Shown in pieces: positions 28,492 through 36,696 of a stretch of 64,000 nucleotides of DNA. The DNA is from Terriglobales bacterium (GTDB lineage: Bacteria > Acidobacteriota > Terriglobia > Terriglobales > Acidobacteriaceae), in the NCBI GenBank assembly GCA_036378535.1, contig DASUWH010000046.1, forward strand, positions 164,520-228,519. Reading direction: 5' to 3'. A program made the translations under genes and the position numbers. Numbering within the stretch: the stretch's first letter is position 1; every line of letters starts with the position of its first letter. The notes under the pieces are model-generated. The model ran no database searches, was not told the origin of the DNA, and saw only the letters and a program-made list of their open reading frames with translations.

Positions 28492-29439
28492 CTAAACGCG
28501 GGATGGCGCCCGCAAGTGCTCCCGAAAGAAACTTTCGCGATACTGGCGTTCGCGGAATGCTTCGGTTCCACCGGCACGCGTGGTGGATAGAGCACCGGCC
28601 AAATTTCCGTAGGTCAGACAAGTACGCAGGTCGGCGCCGCGCACGTACTGGGAAATAAATCCGGCATCGAAACTGTCGCCCGCACCCACGGGATCAACCA
28701 CATCAACTTTAACGCCAGGAAGCAGAATCCGCTCTTTGCCGCGTTGCCCCATGGCTCCCGCCGGGCCCAACTTTACCGCTACGGTCTGCACGACCTTGGC
28801 GAGACGCTCCGCCGCCAGCTCTACATCGTTGGTCCCTGCAATTTTCCTGGCCTCACGTTCATTGGGAAGAAACACATCGACGTAGTGGAGGAGATCCCAC
28901 ATACCTTCCCATCGATCCTCGGGATCGTCATTGGTGTCGAGCGAGATGGTAAGACCAGCATCCTTGGCGGCTTGAAACAATTCGGATAAACGCGGCCGGA
29001 GCGCGTGCTGCAGATATACCGAACAAAGATGCAGATGTCGGCAGTTCTTAAGCCGTTGGATGTCGATATCTTCAATCGTAAGCTGGGAAATTGTCCCGAG
29101 GTAAGTCAGAATGTTTCGCCAATCGCCATGCTGCAGAATCACGGTGAGGCCAGTGGCCGAGCCGTCAGTCATGCGTCGTACCCCAGAAATATCGACGCCT
29201 GCTTGCGCCAGCCGTTCTACACATATGCTTCCCATGGCGTCGTCGCCGACTCGGGAAAAAAAGCAGGTACGTACGCCCAGCGCGGCAAGGTTATGAGCCA
29301 CGATGGCGGAGGAACTGCCCAGGGTGAGCATCATGCGATCGGCGATCAATTCTCGTTCCGGCGTCAGCTCGGTGGGGAGGCCGTAGAGGATCAGATCGAG
29401 GTTGAGTTCGCCGGCTACCGCGACATCAAAATCCGGCAT
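28492..29439 (-). CDS. PfkB-family (ribokinase-like) sugar or sugar-amine kinase
   Basis: N-terminal GELNLDL. C-terminal DPVGAGDSFDAGF anion-hole/catalytic motif. Overlaps the upstream SIS gene by 14 nt. Confidence 0.8.
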   Translation of the reverse strand: MPDFDVAVAGELNLDLILYGLPTELTPERELIADRMMLTLGSSSAIVAHNLAALGVRTCFFSRVGDDAMGSICVERLAQAGVDISGVRRMTDGSATGLTVILQHGDWRNILTYLGTISQLTIEDIDIQRLKNCRHLHLCSVYLQHALRPRLSELFQAAKDAGLTISLDTNDDPEDRWEGMWDLLHYVDVFLPNEREARKIAGTNDVELAAERLAKVVQTVAVKLGPAGAMGQRGKERILLPGVKVDVVDPVGAGDSFDAGFISQYVRGADLRTCLTYGNLAGALSTTRAGGTEAFRERQYRESFFREHLRAPSRV

Positions 29440-30559
29440 GACGTGACTCTGCGGAGGCTTCCGACAGCTCGACTACGCGGCTCAAGTGGCGCGGGCGGTC
29501 GGGATCGAGTCCTTTACGCAATCCCGTGTACAGGCCCATTAATTGACCTGCGAAGACATGCGGCGCCAGGCGCGCATATTCGGGCAGACTGAAACCGAGT
29601 TCCAGAAGGAAGTCGGCAGCCGCCCGGGCGCGCCCGTTCGCACGATTGGTCACAACCAGAGTCGTGCCGCCGAGGTTTTTGATCTCCTCCAGCACATCGC
29701 ATTCGACGCTGTAGTTCTTTTCTGAGAGCAGGAACATGATCAAGGTTTCCGGCCGCACAATGGATTTTGGGCCGTGGCGAAATTCCAGAGTGTGAAATAC
29801 CTGCGCATAAGAGCACGACATCTCGGTCAATTTCAAAGCGCTCTCGCAAGCCAACCCGTAATAGGGGCCCTGGCCGAGACAAACGTAGTCGGCAAAGCGC
29901 TTTTCATCGACGAAATTCCGCACCTGCTGCGGAAGACGTTTCATGATGCCCTCGGCAGCTGCCGGCAGTGCCAGAAGCGCCTTCGTAAAATCGCTGTTCT
30001 GTCCAATCGAGGCGGCGAGATACTGCAGCGCCAACAGCATGGATGTGAACGAACGCGTCATCACCGTGCTCTGTTCATCGGCAGCGGGCAGCAGGATGGT
30101 ATGAGCGGCGAGTTGCTCTAATTTCTGGCCGCTGGCGCAGCTGATAGCGACGCCCGGGATCTCCTGTTGTTTCAGCAATTCGGCCGCTTGCAGCACCTCA
30201 GATGTGCGCCCTGAGCGCGAAATCATTACGGGAACAAAGTTGCGGTTTTCTCGAGTCGTAAGTTCGGGGAAAAGCAGTAATTCGGAGGCCGGAATGGCGC
30301 TGGCTCGCTTACCGGTAATCCATGTCCAGGAAGCGGCAGCGGCCAAAGCAATGTAGTAGCTCGATCCACAGCCAATGAAGAGCCACTCGGGGAAATCGGA
30401 GAAATGATTGCGGATCTCTGAAATGACATTTTCGTTTTCCAGCTTATGGAGGCAGTCGGCCCAGCACTGCGGCTGGGAAATGATTTCAGCCAGCGAGTAT
30501 GCGCCTGAACTGGAAGGCGGCGTGGAGCCGTCGCCGCCCTTGCGAAGCGAACTAGACAA
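29426..30559 (-). CDS. double-SIS-domain sugar-phosphate isomerase/deaminase (GlmS C-terminal-like; AgaS/FrlB family)
   Basis: FIGCGSSYY, ISRSGRTSEV, and a second SIS lobe GQGPYYGLACESALKL. Overlaps the DeoR gene stop. Confidence 0.75.
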   Translation of the reverse strand: MSSSLRKGGDGSTPPSSSGAYSLAEIISQPQCWADCLHKLENENVISEIRNHFSDFPEWLFIGCGSSYYIALAAAASWTWITGKRASAIPASELLLFPELTTRENRNFVPVMISRSGRTSEVLQAAELLKQQEIPGVAISCASGQKLEQLAAHTILLPAADEQSTVMTRSFTSMLLALQYLAASIGQNSDFTKALLALPAAAEGIMKRLPQQVRNFVDEKRFADYVCLGQGPYYGLACESALKLTEMSCSYAQVFHTLEFRHGPKSIVRPETLIMFLLSEKNYSVECDVLEEIKNLGGTTLVVTNRANGRARAAADFLLELGFSLPEYARLAPHVFAGQLMGLYTGLRKGLDPDRPRHLSRVVELSEASAESRHAGF

Positions 30560-31364
30560 GGGTCACCTCTATGCCAGCTTTTCTAAGAGCTTTCAGGTCG
30601 AACTTGGGCGCACCGTGATCGGTGATCACTTGATGCACTTTTTCCGTCGGCAAAATATGCGACAAACTACGTCGCCCAAACTTGCTGGAGTCACAGACTG
30701 CCACCACTTTTTTTGATATATCCACCATGACTCGGTTGACTTTCGCCTCCAGTAGATTCGGCGTGCTCAAGCCGTAGTGGACGTCGAACCCGTCTACCCC
30801 AAGGAATAAAACATCGGCGTTCAGGCGGCGTAGCGTGTCTTCGGCAATAGGGCCGACCAGAGAGAAGGAGTTCTTACGCAGGGTGCCACCGGTCAAGATC
30901 ACTTCCACGTTGGACCCGGCCAGTTCGGCTGCGATATTCGCCGCGTTGGTCACGATGGTGAGGTTATTAAAATCACGCAGGGCGCGAGCAATCGCCGTCG
31001 TGGTCGTGCCCGAATCCAGGATAACTACCTGACCTTCCTGCACCATGGCAGCGGCCGCGCCGGCGATCCGCAACTTTTCTTTGCGATGCAGTTTCTCTTT
31101 TTCGCGGAGCGTGGGATCAGCGAGGGCTCCGTCGCGGGAAGGCAGAGCGCCTCCATGGGTGCGATGCACGAGGCCATGCGCGTGCAGGATTTCCAGGTCC
31201 TTGCGAATCGTAACCTGGGAAGTTTCGAATTGTTGCGCGAGATCAGCGACCAGTCCGCGGCCGTCGCGGTTGATGAGATCAAGGATGGCGCGTCGGCGCT
31301 CTTCGTTCAGCACAAGATGGCTCTGCGCCGGCACTATCAACACCCTGAAATTGAATGCCGGCAA
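30552..31364 (-). CDS. DeoR-family transcriptional repressor
   Basis: HTH block ERRRAILDLINRDGRGLVADLAQQFETSQVTIRKDLEIL plus a DeoR C-terminal sugar-phosphate-binding domain (VILDSGTTT, VLFLGVDG). The probable true start is GTG 31313 (MLNEERRR). Confidence 0.85.
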   Translation of the reverse strand: MPAFNFRVLIVPAQSHLVLNEERRRAILDLINRDGRGLVADLAQQFETSQVTIRKDLEILHAHGLVHRTHGGALPSRDGALADPTLREKEKLHRKEKLRIAGAAAAMVQEGQVVILDSGTTTTAIARALRDFNNLTIVTNAANIAAELAGSNVEVILTGGTLRKNSFSLVGPIAEDTLRRLNADVLFLGVDGFDVHYGLSTPNLLEAKVNRVMVDISKKVVAVCDSSKFGRRSLSHILPTEKVHQVITDHGAPKFDLKALRKAGIEVTLV

Positions 31365-31558
31365 TGTTTTGTTTCGTCTTTCTTTTTATAACGTTTCCTT
31401 TCGTTTGTCTACTGGAATCGAAAGCGCCGGTTGGTGTTATTGGGCTCGGAAACCAGTCAACACGAGGGCTGTTGACTCATGCTTGCGCTCAGCTCAGCCG
31501 AGTTGGCTGCAGGTGAGAAGGATTGCTCCTGGCTGGATATGCGGCGTAGGATGGCGCG

Positions 31559-32569
31559 ATGAGATTCCAACTCGCCAGCATTTCTCTGCTTATTGTTCTT
31601 GCTGCAGCTACGGCCTTTGCGCAAGGCACGAATGCGCAGCCGCACAACCGCTGGGCCGCGAACGTTTACCCGCAGGAAGAAGGCTTCGTCGAGGTAAACG
31701 GGTTGATGCTTTATTACCTCGCTTTAGGTCGCGGCACGCCGCTGCTGATCTTGCATGGCGGACCGGGTGCGTCACACGATTACTTTCTTCCTTATCTATT
31801 GCCGCTGGCTCGTCATCACCGGGTAATCTTCATCGACGAGCGCGGATCAGGGCGATCACAAAAGCTGGAAGATACTTCCGGATACACAATTGAAAACATG
31901 GTCGAGGATGTGGAGGGCGTTCGGCGAGCACTGAATCTGGGCAAGATCAGCTTGTTAGGACATTCCTATGGTGGAGCGCTGGCGCAAGCATACGCGCTGA
32001 AATATCAGCGAAATCTAACCCATTTGATCCTGGCCAGCACCTGGTCGAGCACCAAGGCCTTAAATGCAGTTTTCGTCCGCATGAAAGAAAACATGGCGCC
32101 CGAGTTGCGCGGCCGAATCGATAAGCTCGAAGCTGAAGGCTTATTCGGTCACGGGAAACCCTACGAGCAGAACCGGTATACGCCCGATTACATGATCGCG
32201 GCCTGGGGCGAGGGATACTTCCCCTACGTTTACCACAACCACCCAGACCCCAACTATGATCCCATCGCGCAGGGTAATACTGCCTGGGACCTCTATCGCA
32301 AGATGTGGGGAGAACATGGAGAGTTCGTCATCGACGGAAATCTGAAGTCAGTGGAATACACCGATCAGCTTGCGACCATCCAAGTGCCGACGCTGATTAT
32401 TGTGGGCGAGCATGACGAGTGCGATGCGGTTCTATCCAAAGCCATGCAGGAGAAGATTTCCAGCTCGAAACTGGCGGTCATGCCCAACAGCGGGCACATG
32501 GCTTTTGTCGATCAGCCGGAGTTATACATGAAGACTGTGGACGAATTCTTGGGGACTAAACAACAGTAA
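31559..32569 (+). CDS. secreted alpha/beta hydrolase, proline-iminopeptidase-like
   Basis: Signal peptide MRFQLASISLLIVLAAATAFAQG. HGGPG oxyanion motif. GHSYGG nucleophile elbow. C-terminal SGHMAF His motif. Confidence 0.75.
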   Translation: MRFQLASISLLIVLAAATAFAQGTNAQPHNRWAANVYPQEEGFVEVNGLMLYYLALGRGTPLLILHGGPGASHDYFLPYLLPLARHHRVIFIDERGSGRSQKLEDTSGYTIENMVEDVEGVRRALNLGKISLLGHSYGGALAQAYALKYQRNLTHLILASTWSSTKALNAVFVRMKENMAPELRGRIDKLEAEGLFGHGKPYEQNRYTPDYMIAAWGEGYFPYVYHNHPDPNYDPIAQGNTAWDLYRKMWGEHGEFVIDGNLKSVEYTDQLATIQVPTLIIVGEHDECDAVLSKAMQEKISSSKLAVMPNSGHMAFVDQPELYMKTVDEFLGTKQQ

Positions 32570-32593
32570 GCACAGAGGACACGAAGGTCGCGG

Positions 32594-33274
32594 ATGAAGG
32601 TTTTCTGGGCATGGGGTCTCGCATTATCTGTGGTCTGTTATGCAACTGGCGTTGGCCTGGCGCAGCAAGCCGCTCCGCCGCTGGCGATTACAACCGAGGT
32701 TCTTCCACCGCCTTTGCTCCACCAGCAATATCAGGCTCCGCTGCAGGCCACCGGCGGCGTGCCGCCACTCCACTGGAAGGTCTCGCGCGGAAATCTTCCG
32801 GATGGACTGAATCTGGATGAGTCCTCCGGAGTGATTTCGGGCGTGCCGACAAAACTGGGTGAATCGGAGATCACCGTATCCGTGATCGATTCAGTTGGAA
32901 ATACGGTGAGCCGTGACTTTAAGTTGAAGGTGAGCGCCCCGCTTCTGATCGAATGGTCGAAGTTCCCGCAGGTTCAGGGGAATCAGATTGTGGGTTCAGT
33001 AAAAGTGGCGAACGGAACCGACGACTCCTTCGATCTCACGGCTATCATCCTGGCGGTCAATGAATATGGCAAAGCCTTTGCGCTGGGTTATCAGCATTTC
33101 GACCTGAAGCCGCAGACGGCTGATGTCGAAATCCCATTTGGCTCGGAAACGATTCTGCCGGTGGGATCCTATGTAGTTCACGCAGATGCAGTCGCGGAAG
33201 TCCCCACGAAGAACGCGATCTACCGCGCCCGCCAGCAAACACCGGCGGCGCTGCAAGTGAGCGCGGGACCGTAA
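32594..33274 (+). CDS. secreted protein with putative Ig/cadherin-like domain
   Basis: Signal peptide. LPDGLNLDESSGVISGVPTKLGESEITVSV is the typical putative-Ig-domain signature. Confidence 0.55.
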   Translation: MKVFWAWGLALSVVCYATGVGLAQQAAPPLAITTEVLPPPLLHQQYQAPLQATGGVPPLHWKVSRGNLPDGLNLDESSGVISGVPTKLGESEITVSVIDSVGNTVSRDFKLKVSAPLLIEWSKFPQVQGNQIVGSVKVANGTDDSFDLTAIILAVNEYGKAFALGYQHFDLKPQTADVEIPFGSETILPVGSYVVHADAVAEVPTKNAIYRARQQTPAALQVSAGP

Positions 33275-33333
33275 AGGGGATTTCAGGGTGAAGTGTCAGA
33301 GCTGATGGCTAGAAGCGAGCGGCGCAAAAATTA

Positions 33334-33652
33334 AGAGTCCCGAAGTGATGTTGAACTCATTCGTCTCCGCCAGTAGCTCGCTTTTAGACCCTTACCAAAC
33401 CTGCTGCTAATGCTTCCTTGCGGTCGCACTAACGCGATCTGTGCTTGGGCTCCGGGCTTACCGCCAACGGGAAAAACCTGTTCAACGCTTCGGGACTCTA
33501 TCTTTGCCTTCAACAATCTCTCGGTTCTCCTCGACCAGCGCTTAGCTATAGACCCTCGCTAGCCCTCCCTTCTCGCCTCGCGGTTTGAAAGGGTGACTTC
33601 GCTTGAGCCCCGGACGCCGCACCAACCGGGAAAACTTAAAAGTTGTCAAAGA
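33334..33652. ncRNA. candidate structured RNA: two abutting paralogous stem-closed domains (A 33334-33499, B 33501-33652), family unknown
   Basis: Unit A has a 12-bp helix and a 7-bp helix, both perfect, around a 4x1 internal loop. Unit B has a 6-bp and a 4-bp helix around a 4x1 loop. Internal blocks are shared in the same order. No ORF is present. See the finding for coordinates. Confidence 0.35.
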
Positions 33653-34049
33653 ACGATTATGGTTTTACTCCTTTTAATTTTTGCGTCAACAAAAATGACG
33701 CGACTTTATCTCCTCTGAAATCAGCCGAGTGCAGCCCATCCACAAGCATGTGACCAGATTTGGTGCAGGCTGGCGACGATTCCTGGCCGGAAATCAGCCT
33801 CTAGCGCGCGTTTTCGGCAACAACAAAGATGAATTCGTTCTCGCGGCGATGTCCTTCACTCTTTCGCGCTTGTGCAAATCGTGGCGAAAACCGCGCCAGC
33901 GTAGATGTTTTCTATCCGGGCACAGACGACTTTATTTCACAAAAGTTACTTTTGGCCGCCGAGGGTCCCATTGCTGCTCCGTTTTGCGGGAAGCAAGAAG
34001 GCTTGCACGGAACAGGTACAATTCCGTTTTCTCGTTTCCGGAGGTGGGA

Positions 34050-35591
34050 TTGTTACTGTGTCGCGCATGGCTGGTGGTGCTGTTTCTGGCTGTCCGTCCT
34101 GCAGTCGCGGAGCCCAGGCCCGCCGTGCACTCCCCGAACTCTGAAGGGCGCGCTTCACGATACATGGAATCCATCCGTCGCAATCCGGAACTCCTGTTGG
34201 CATTCTTGCGTGAAATGCCCAAAGGGGGCGACCTGCACAATCACCTGGCGGGCGCTATTTATGCTGAGTCGTTCATCGACTACGCCGCCTCGGATGGGCT
34301 GTGCGTCGATCGAACGACCTCGGTCCTGATCGCACCACCCTGCGACGCGAACTGCGACAGGTTTACCAGCAAGCCAGCCATTGCCTGCGCTTATCAGGAT
34401 CACGTTCTCTTTGGCCAGATTGTGGATGCCTGGTCGATGCGCAACTGGGTGCCGGGGTCGGAGTCGGGCCATGATCACTTTTTCGCCACCTTTGACAAAT
34501 TCGGGTTGGCCAGTCATTTACATAGCGGTGACATGATCGCGGAGGCCGCTTCCAGAGCCGCAGAAGATCGATTGCAATACGTGGAACTGCTGCATACCGC
34601 CGACGGCGGCGGCGCGGGTGCCCTGGGCAAGAAGATCGGATGGCAGGAAGATCTCAGGCAATTTCGCGAGGACCTGCTGGCGGGTGGATTGAAAAATATT
34701 GTGGCATCAACCATAAGAAAGCTCGACTCCGACGAATCCAGGATGCGCTCCGATCTGAAATGCGGAGGCGCCGAAGCTGATCCTGGCTGTAACGTAAAAG
34801 TCCGCTACATCTATCAGGTGCTACGCGGCCTACCGCGCGAGCAGGTGTTCGCGCAGATGGTGCTTGGATTTGAACTGGCGCAGGCCGACCCGCGCTTTGT
34901 GGGCCTGAACCTGGTCCAACCGGAAGACTGGTACGTGCCCATGCACGATTTCGACCTTCACATGCATATGCTGGACTACCTGCACGAGGTCTATCCCAAG
35001 GCGCACATTACTCTGCACGCAGGTGAACTGGCGCCGGGCATGGTCCCGCCTGAGGGTCTGCGCTTTCATATACGAGAGTCGATCGAACTCGGTCACGCAG
35101 AACGAATCGGGCATGGGGTAGCGGTGATGAACGAGAACGACCCTATACAGCTCCTGCAGGAAATGGCCAAGCGCAACGTGCTGGTAGAAATATGTCTGAC
35201 CAGCAACGACGTGATCCTGGGGATTAGCGGTGAGCATCATCCCTTTGCGATTTATCGCAAGTATGGTGTTCCGGTGACTCTTGCTACCGATGACGAGGGC
35301 GTCTCGCGCTCTGATATGACCAACGAATACGTGCGCGCCGCTGAGGCTTATCACCTTTCCTACGCGGATATGAAAAACCTGGCGCGACAGAGCCTGGAGC
35401 ACAGCTTCCTGCCGGGAGCGAGCCTATGGAAAGATGAGAAGAGTCTTCGACCGGTCTCGGCTTGCGTCGGCGATAGACCGGGCATGGGATCTGTGAGTTC
35501 CTCCTGCCAACACTTTCTGGATGGGAACCAGCGTGCGGCGGAAGAATGGAAATTAGAAGGGCGATTCACGGGATTTGAGAAGAGGTATTGA
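34050..35591 (+). CDS. secreted adenosine/adenine deaminase-family metallohydrolase
   Basis: GGDLHNHLAG (HxH metal site), ITLHAGE and TDDEGVSRSD motifs. TTG 34050 has GGAGG 5 nt upstream and yields signal peptide LLLCRAWLVVLFLAVRPAVA. The 107 codons upstream in the raw ORF lack an RBS and family similarity. Confidence 0.75.
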   Translation: MLLCRAWLVVLFLAVRPAVAEPRPAVHSPNSEGRASRYMESIRRNPELLLAFLREMPKGGDLHNHLAGAIYAESFIDYAASDGLCVDRTTSVLIAPPCDANCDRFTSKPAIACAYQDHVLFGQIVDAWSMRNWVPGSESGHDHFFATFDKFGLASHLHSGDMIAEAASRAAEDRLQYVELLHTADGGGAGALGKKIGWQEDLRQFREDLLAGGLKNIVASTIRKLDSDESRMRSDLKCGGAEADPGCNVKVRYIYQVLRGLPREQVFAQMVLGFELAQADPRFVGLNLVQPEDWYVPMHDFDLHMHMLDYLHEVYPKAHITLHAGELAPGMVPPEGLRFHIRESIELGHAERIGHGVAVMNENDPIQLLQEMAKRNVLVEICLTSNDVILGISGEHHPFAIYRKYGVPVTLATDDEGVSRSDMTNEYVRAAEAYHLSYADMKNLARQSLEHSFLPGASLWKDEKSLRPVSACVGDRPGMGSVSSSCQHFLDGNQRAAEEWKLEGRFTGFEKRY

Positions 35592-35613
35592 CTGCTCTGC
35601 TTGAATAAAGCAC

Positions 35614-35693
35614 TTATCATCCCGAGCGAAGCGAGGGATCTCGGTTTTGATGCGGCGAGCTAACCCCAGAGCCCTCGCGCTGCTCGGGATCAA
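35614..35693. repeat. inverted pair of family-1 repeats between the deaminase and PNP genes
   Basis: cttatcatcccgagcgaagcgagggatct (minus orientation) and agagccctcgcgctgctcgggatca (plus orientation). The two arms can pair over about 20 nt. Confidence 0.75.
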
Positions 35694-35706
35694 AAATTAG
35701 AGTTAT

Positions 35707-36546
35707 ATGACAGACGACTACACGCGAGCTGAATCGGCCGCGCAGTTCCTACTCTCTAAGACCACGCTCCGGCCGCGCGTCGGGATGGTTCTTGGCTCGG
35801 GTCTTGGGGGCTTCGCCGATGAACTAGGCGAAGCTTCGCGGATCCGCTATTCAGAGATTCCACACTTTCCACGTTCCACCGCGGTGGGGCACGCGGGACA
35901 GATGGTGATTGGTAACGCCGGAGATATTCCGGTCGCGGCCATGCAGGGCCGGGTCCACCTGTACGAAGGCTATTCGCCACAAGAGGTGGTGTTTCCGATT
36001 CGAGTGTTCGGGCGCATGGGAATTCGCGCTGTTATTCTGACCAACGCTGCCGGTGGTATCAATCTCGAATATAAACAGGGAGCGCTGGTCGTGGTCAGCG
36101 ACCACATCAACCTGCAGGGGAACAATCCGCTTGTAGGCACGAATGATGACCGCTTGGGCCTGCGGTATCCGGATATGACTCAGGCCTACTGGAAGCCCTA
36201 TCGCCAAGCCGCTCTCGAAGAAGCGCGCAACCTTGGTTTGACTGTATACCAAGGCGTCTATGCCGCCATGCTTGGCCCCAGTTTCGAAACGCCTGCAGAG
36301 ATCAGGTTCCTGCGGACGATTGGCGCTGACCTCGTCGGCATGTCTACCGTCTCGGAAGTTATCGCTGCGCGCCACATGGGGATGAAGGTGCTAGCGGTCT
36401 CCTGCGTAACCAACATGGCCGCCGGAATTCTGGATCAGGTTCTTACTCACGAAGAAGTCCTTGAAACCGGTGAGCGCGTGAAGGGCTCGTTTACTGCGCT
36501 GGTCAAAGCGGTTCTGCCCCGCATCGCAGCCGATTGCGCATCCTGA
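35707..36546 (+). CDS. punA: purine nucleoside phosphorylase (trimeric PNP / PunA-XapA family)
   Basis: LGSGLGGFADEL, HFPRSTAVGHAGQMVIG, MQGRVHLYEGY, GPSFETPAEIR, GADLVGMSTVSEV. Confidence 0.85.
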   Translation: MTDDYTRAESAAQFLLSKTTLRPRVGMVLGSGLGGFADELGEASRIRYSEIPHFPRSTAVGHAGQMVIGNAGDIPVAAMQGRVHLYEGYSPQEVVFPIRVFGRMGIRAVILTNAAGGINLEYKQGALVVVSDHINLQGNNPLVGTNDDRLGLRYPDMTQAYWKPYRQAALEEARNLGLTVYQGVYAAMLGPSFETPAEIRFLRTIGADLVGMSTVSEVIAARHMGMKVLAVSCVTNMAAGILDQVLTHEEVLETGERVKGSFTALVKAVLPRIAADCAS

Positions 36547-36552
36547 AAACAC

Positions 36553-36582
36553 AAGGTCCCTCGACTTCGCTCGGGATGACAG
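36553..36582 (+). repeat. family-1 dispersed repeat
   Basis: aaggtccctcgacttcgctcgggatgacag, 7 nt after the PNP stop. This is the closest copy to the family consensus. Confidence 0.8.
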
Positions 36583-36696
36583 TTCAAGCTTTGAACCCTA
36601 GTTTCAATCTCGTCCCGAGCACTGAGCGCAGTTATGGACCATTACGATACAATGTCCGGCGGCGCTCCGCCGACTAAGCAGCCGAGGTGAGTCCTG

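Noticed and set aside
33440-33620. CCGGGCTTACCG and GTCCGGGGCTC (minus strand) are reminiscent of RNase P RNA conserved segments. The region length also suggested tmRNA or 6S RNA.
   Set aside because: The universal GAGGAAAGUCC element is absent, so RNase P RNA does not fit. There is no tRNA-like acceptor/T-arm or tag reading frame, so tmRNA does not fit. The two arms both contain GGCGG rather than complementary sequences, so a 6S-type rod does not form. The region is kept only as an unclassified structured-RNA candidate.
33908-33923. TTTTCTATCCGGGCAC resembles the J2/3-P3 segment (UUUCUACCGGGCAC) of purine riboswitches and lies upstream of purine-salvage genes. A 5-bp hairpin with a 7-nt loop (TGGCG-AAAACCG-CGCCA) lies just upstream.
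   Set aside because: No sequence complementary to GGGCAC follows to form P3. No P1 pairing or conserved loop-loop nucleotides could be found. The match is a short coincidence.
33729-34049. N-terminal extension of the deaminase ORF. Similar extensions occur at 5501-5629, 7638-7745, 17720-17863, 22824-22961, 39972-40109 and 46684-46770.
   Set aside because: The extensions are Arg/Cys-rich, lack an RBS, and sometimes translate dispersed repeats. Internal starts have good SD sequences and give family-typical N-termini.
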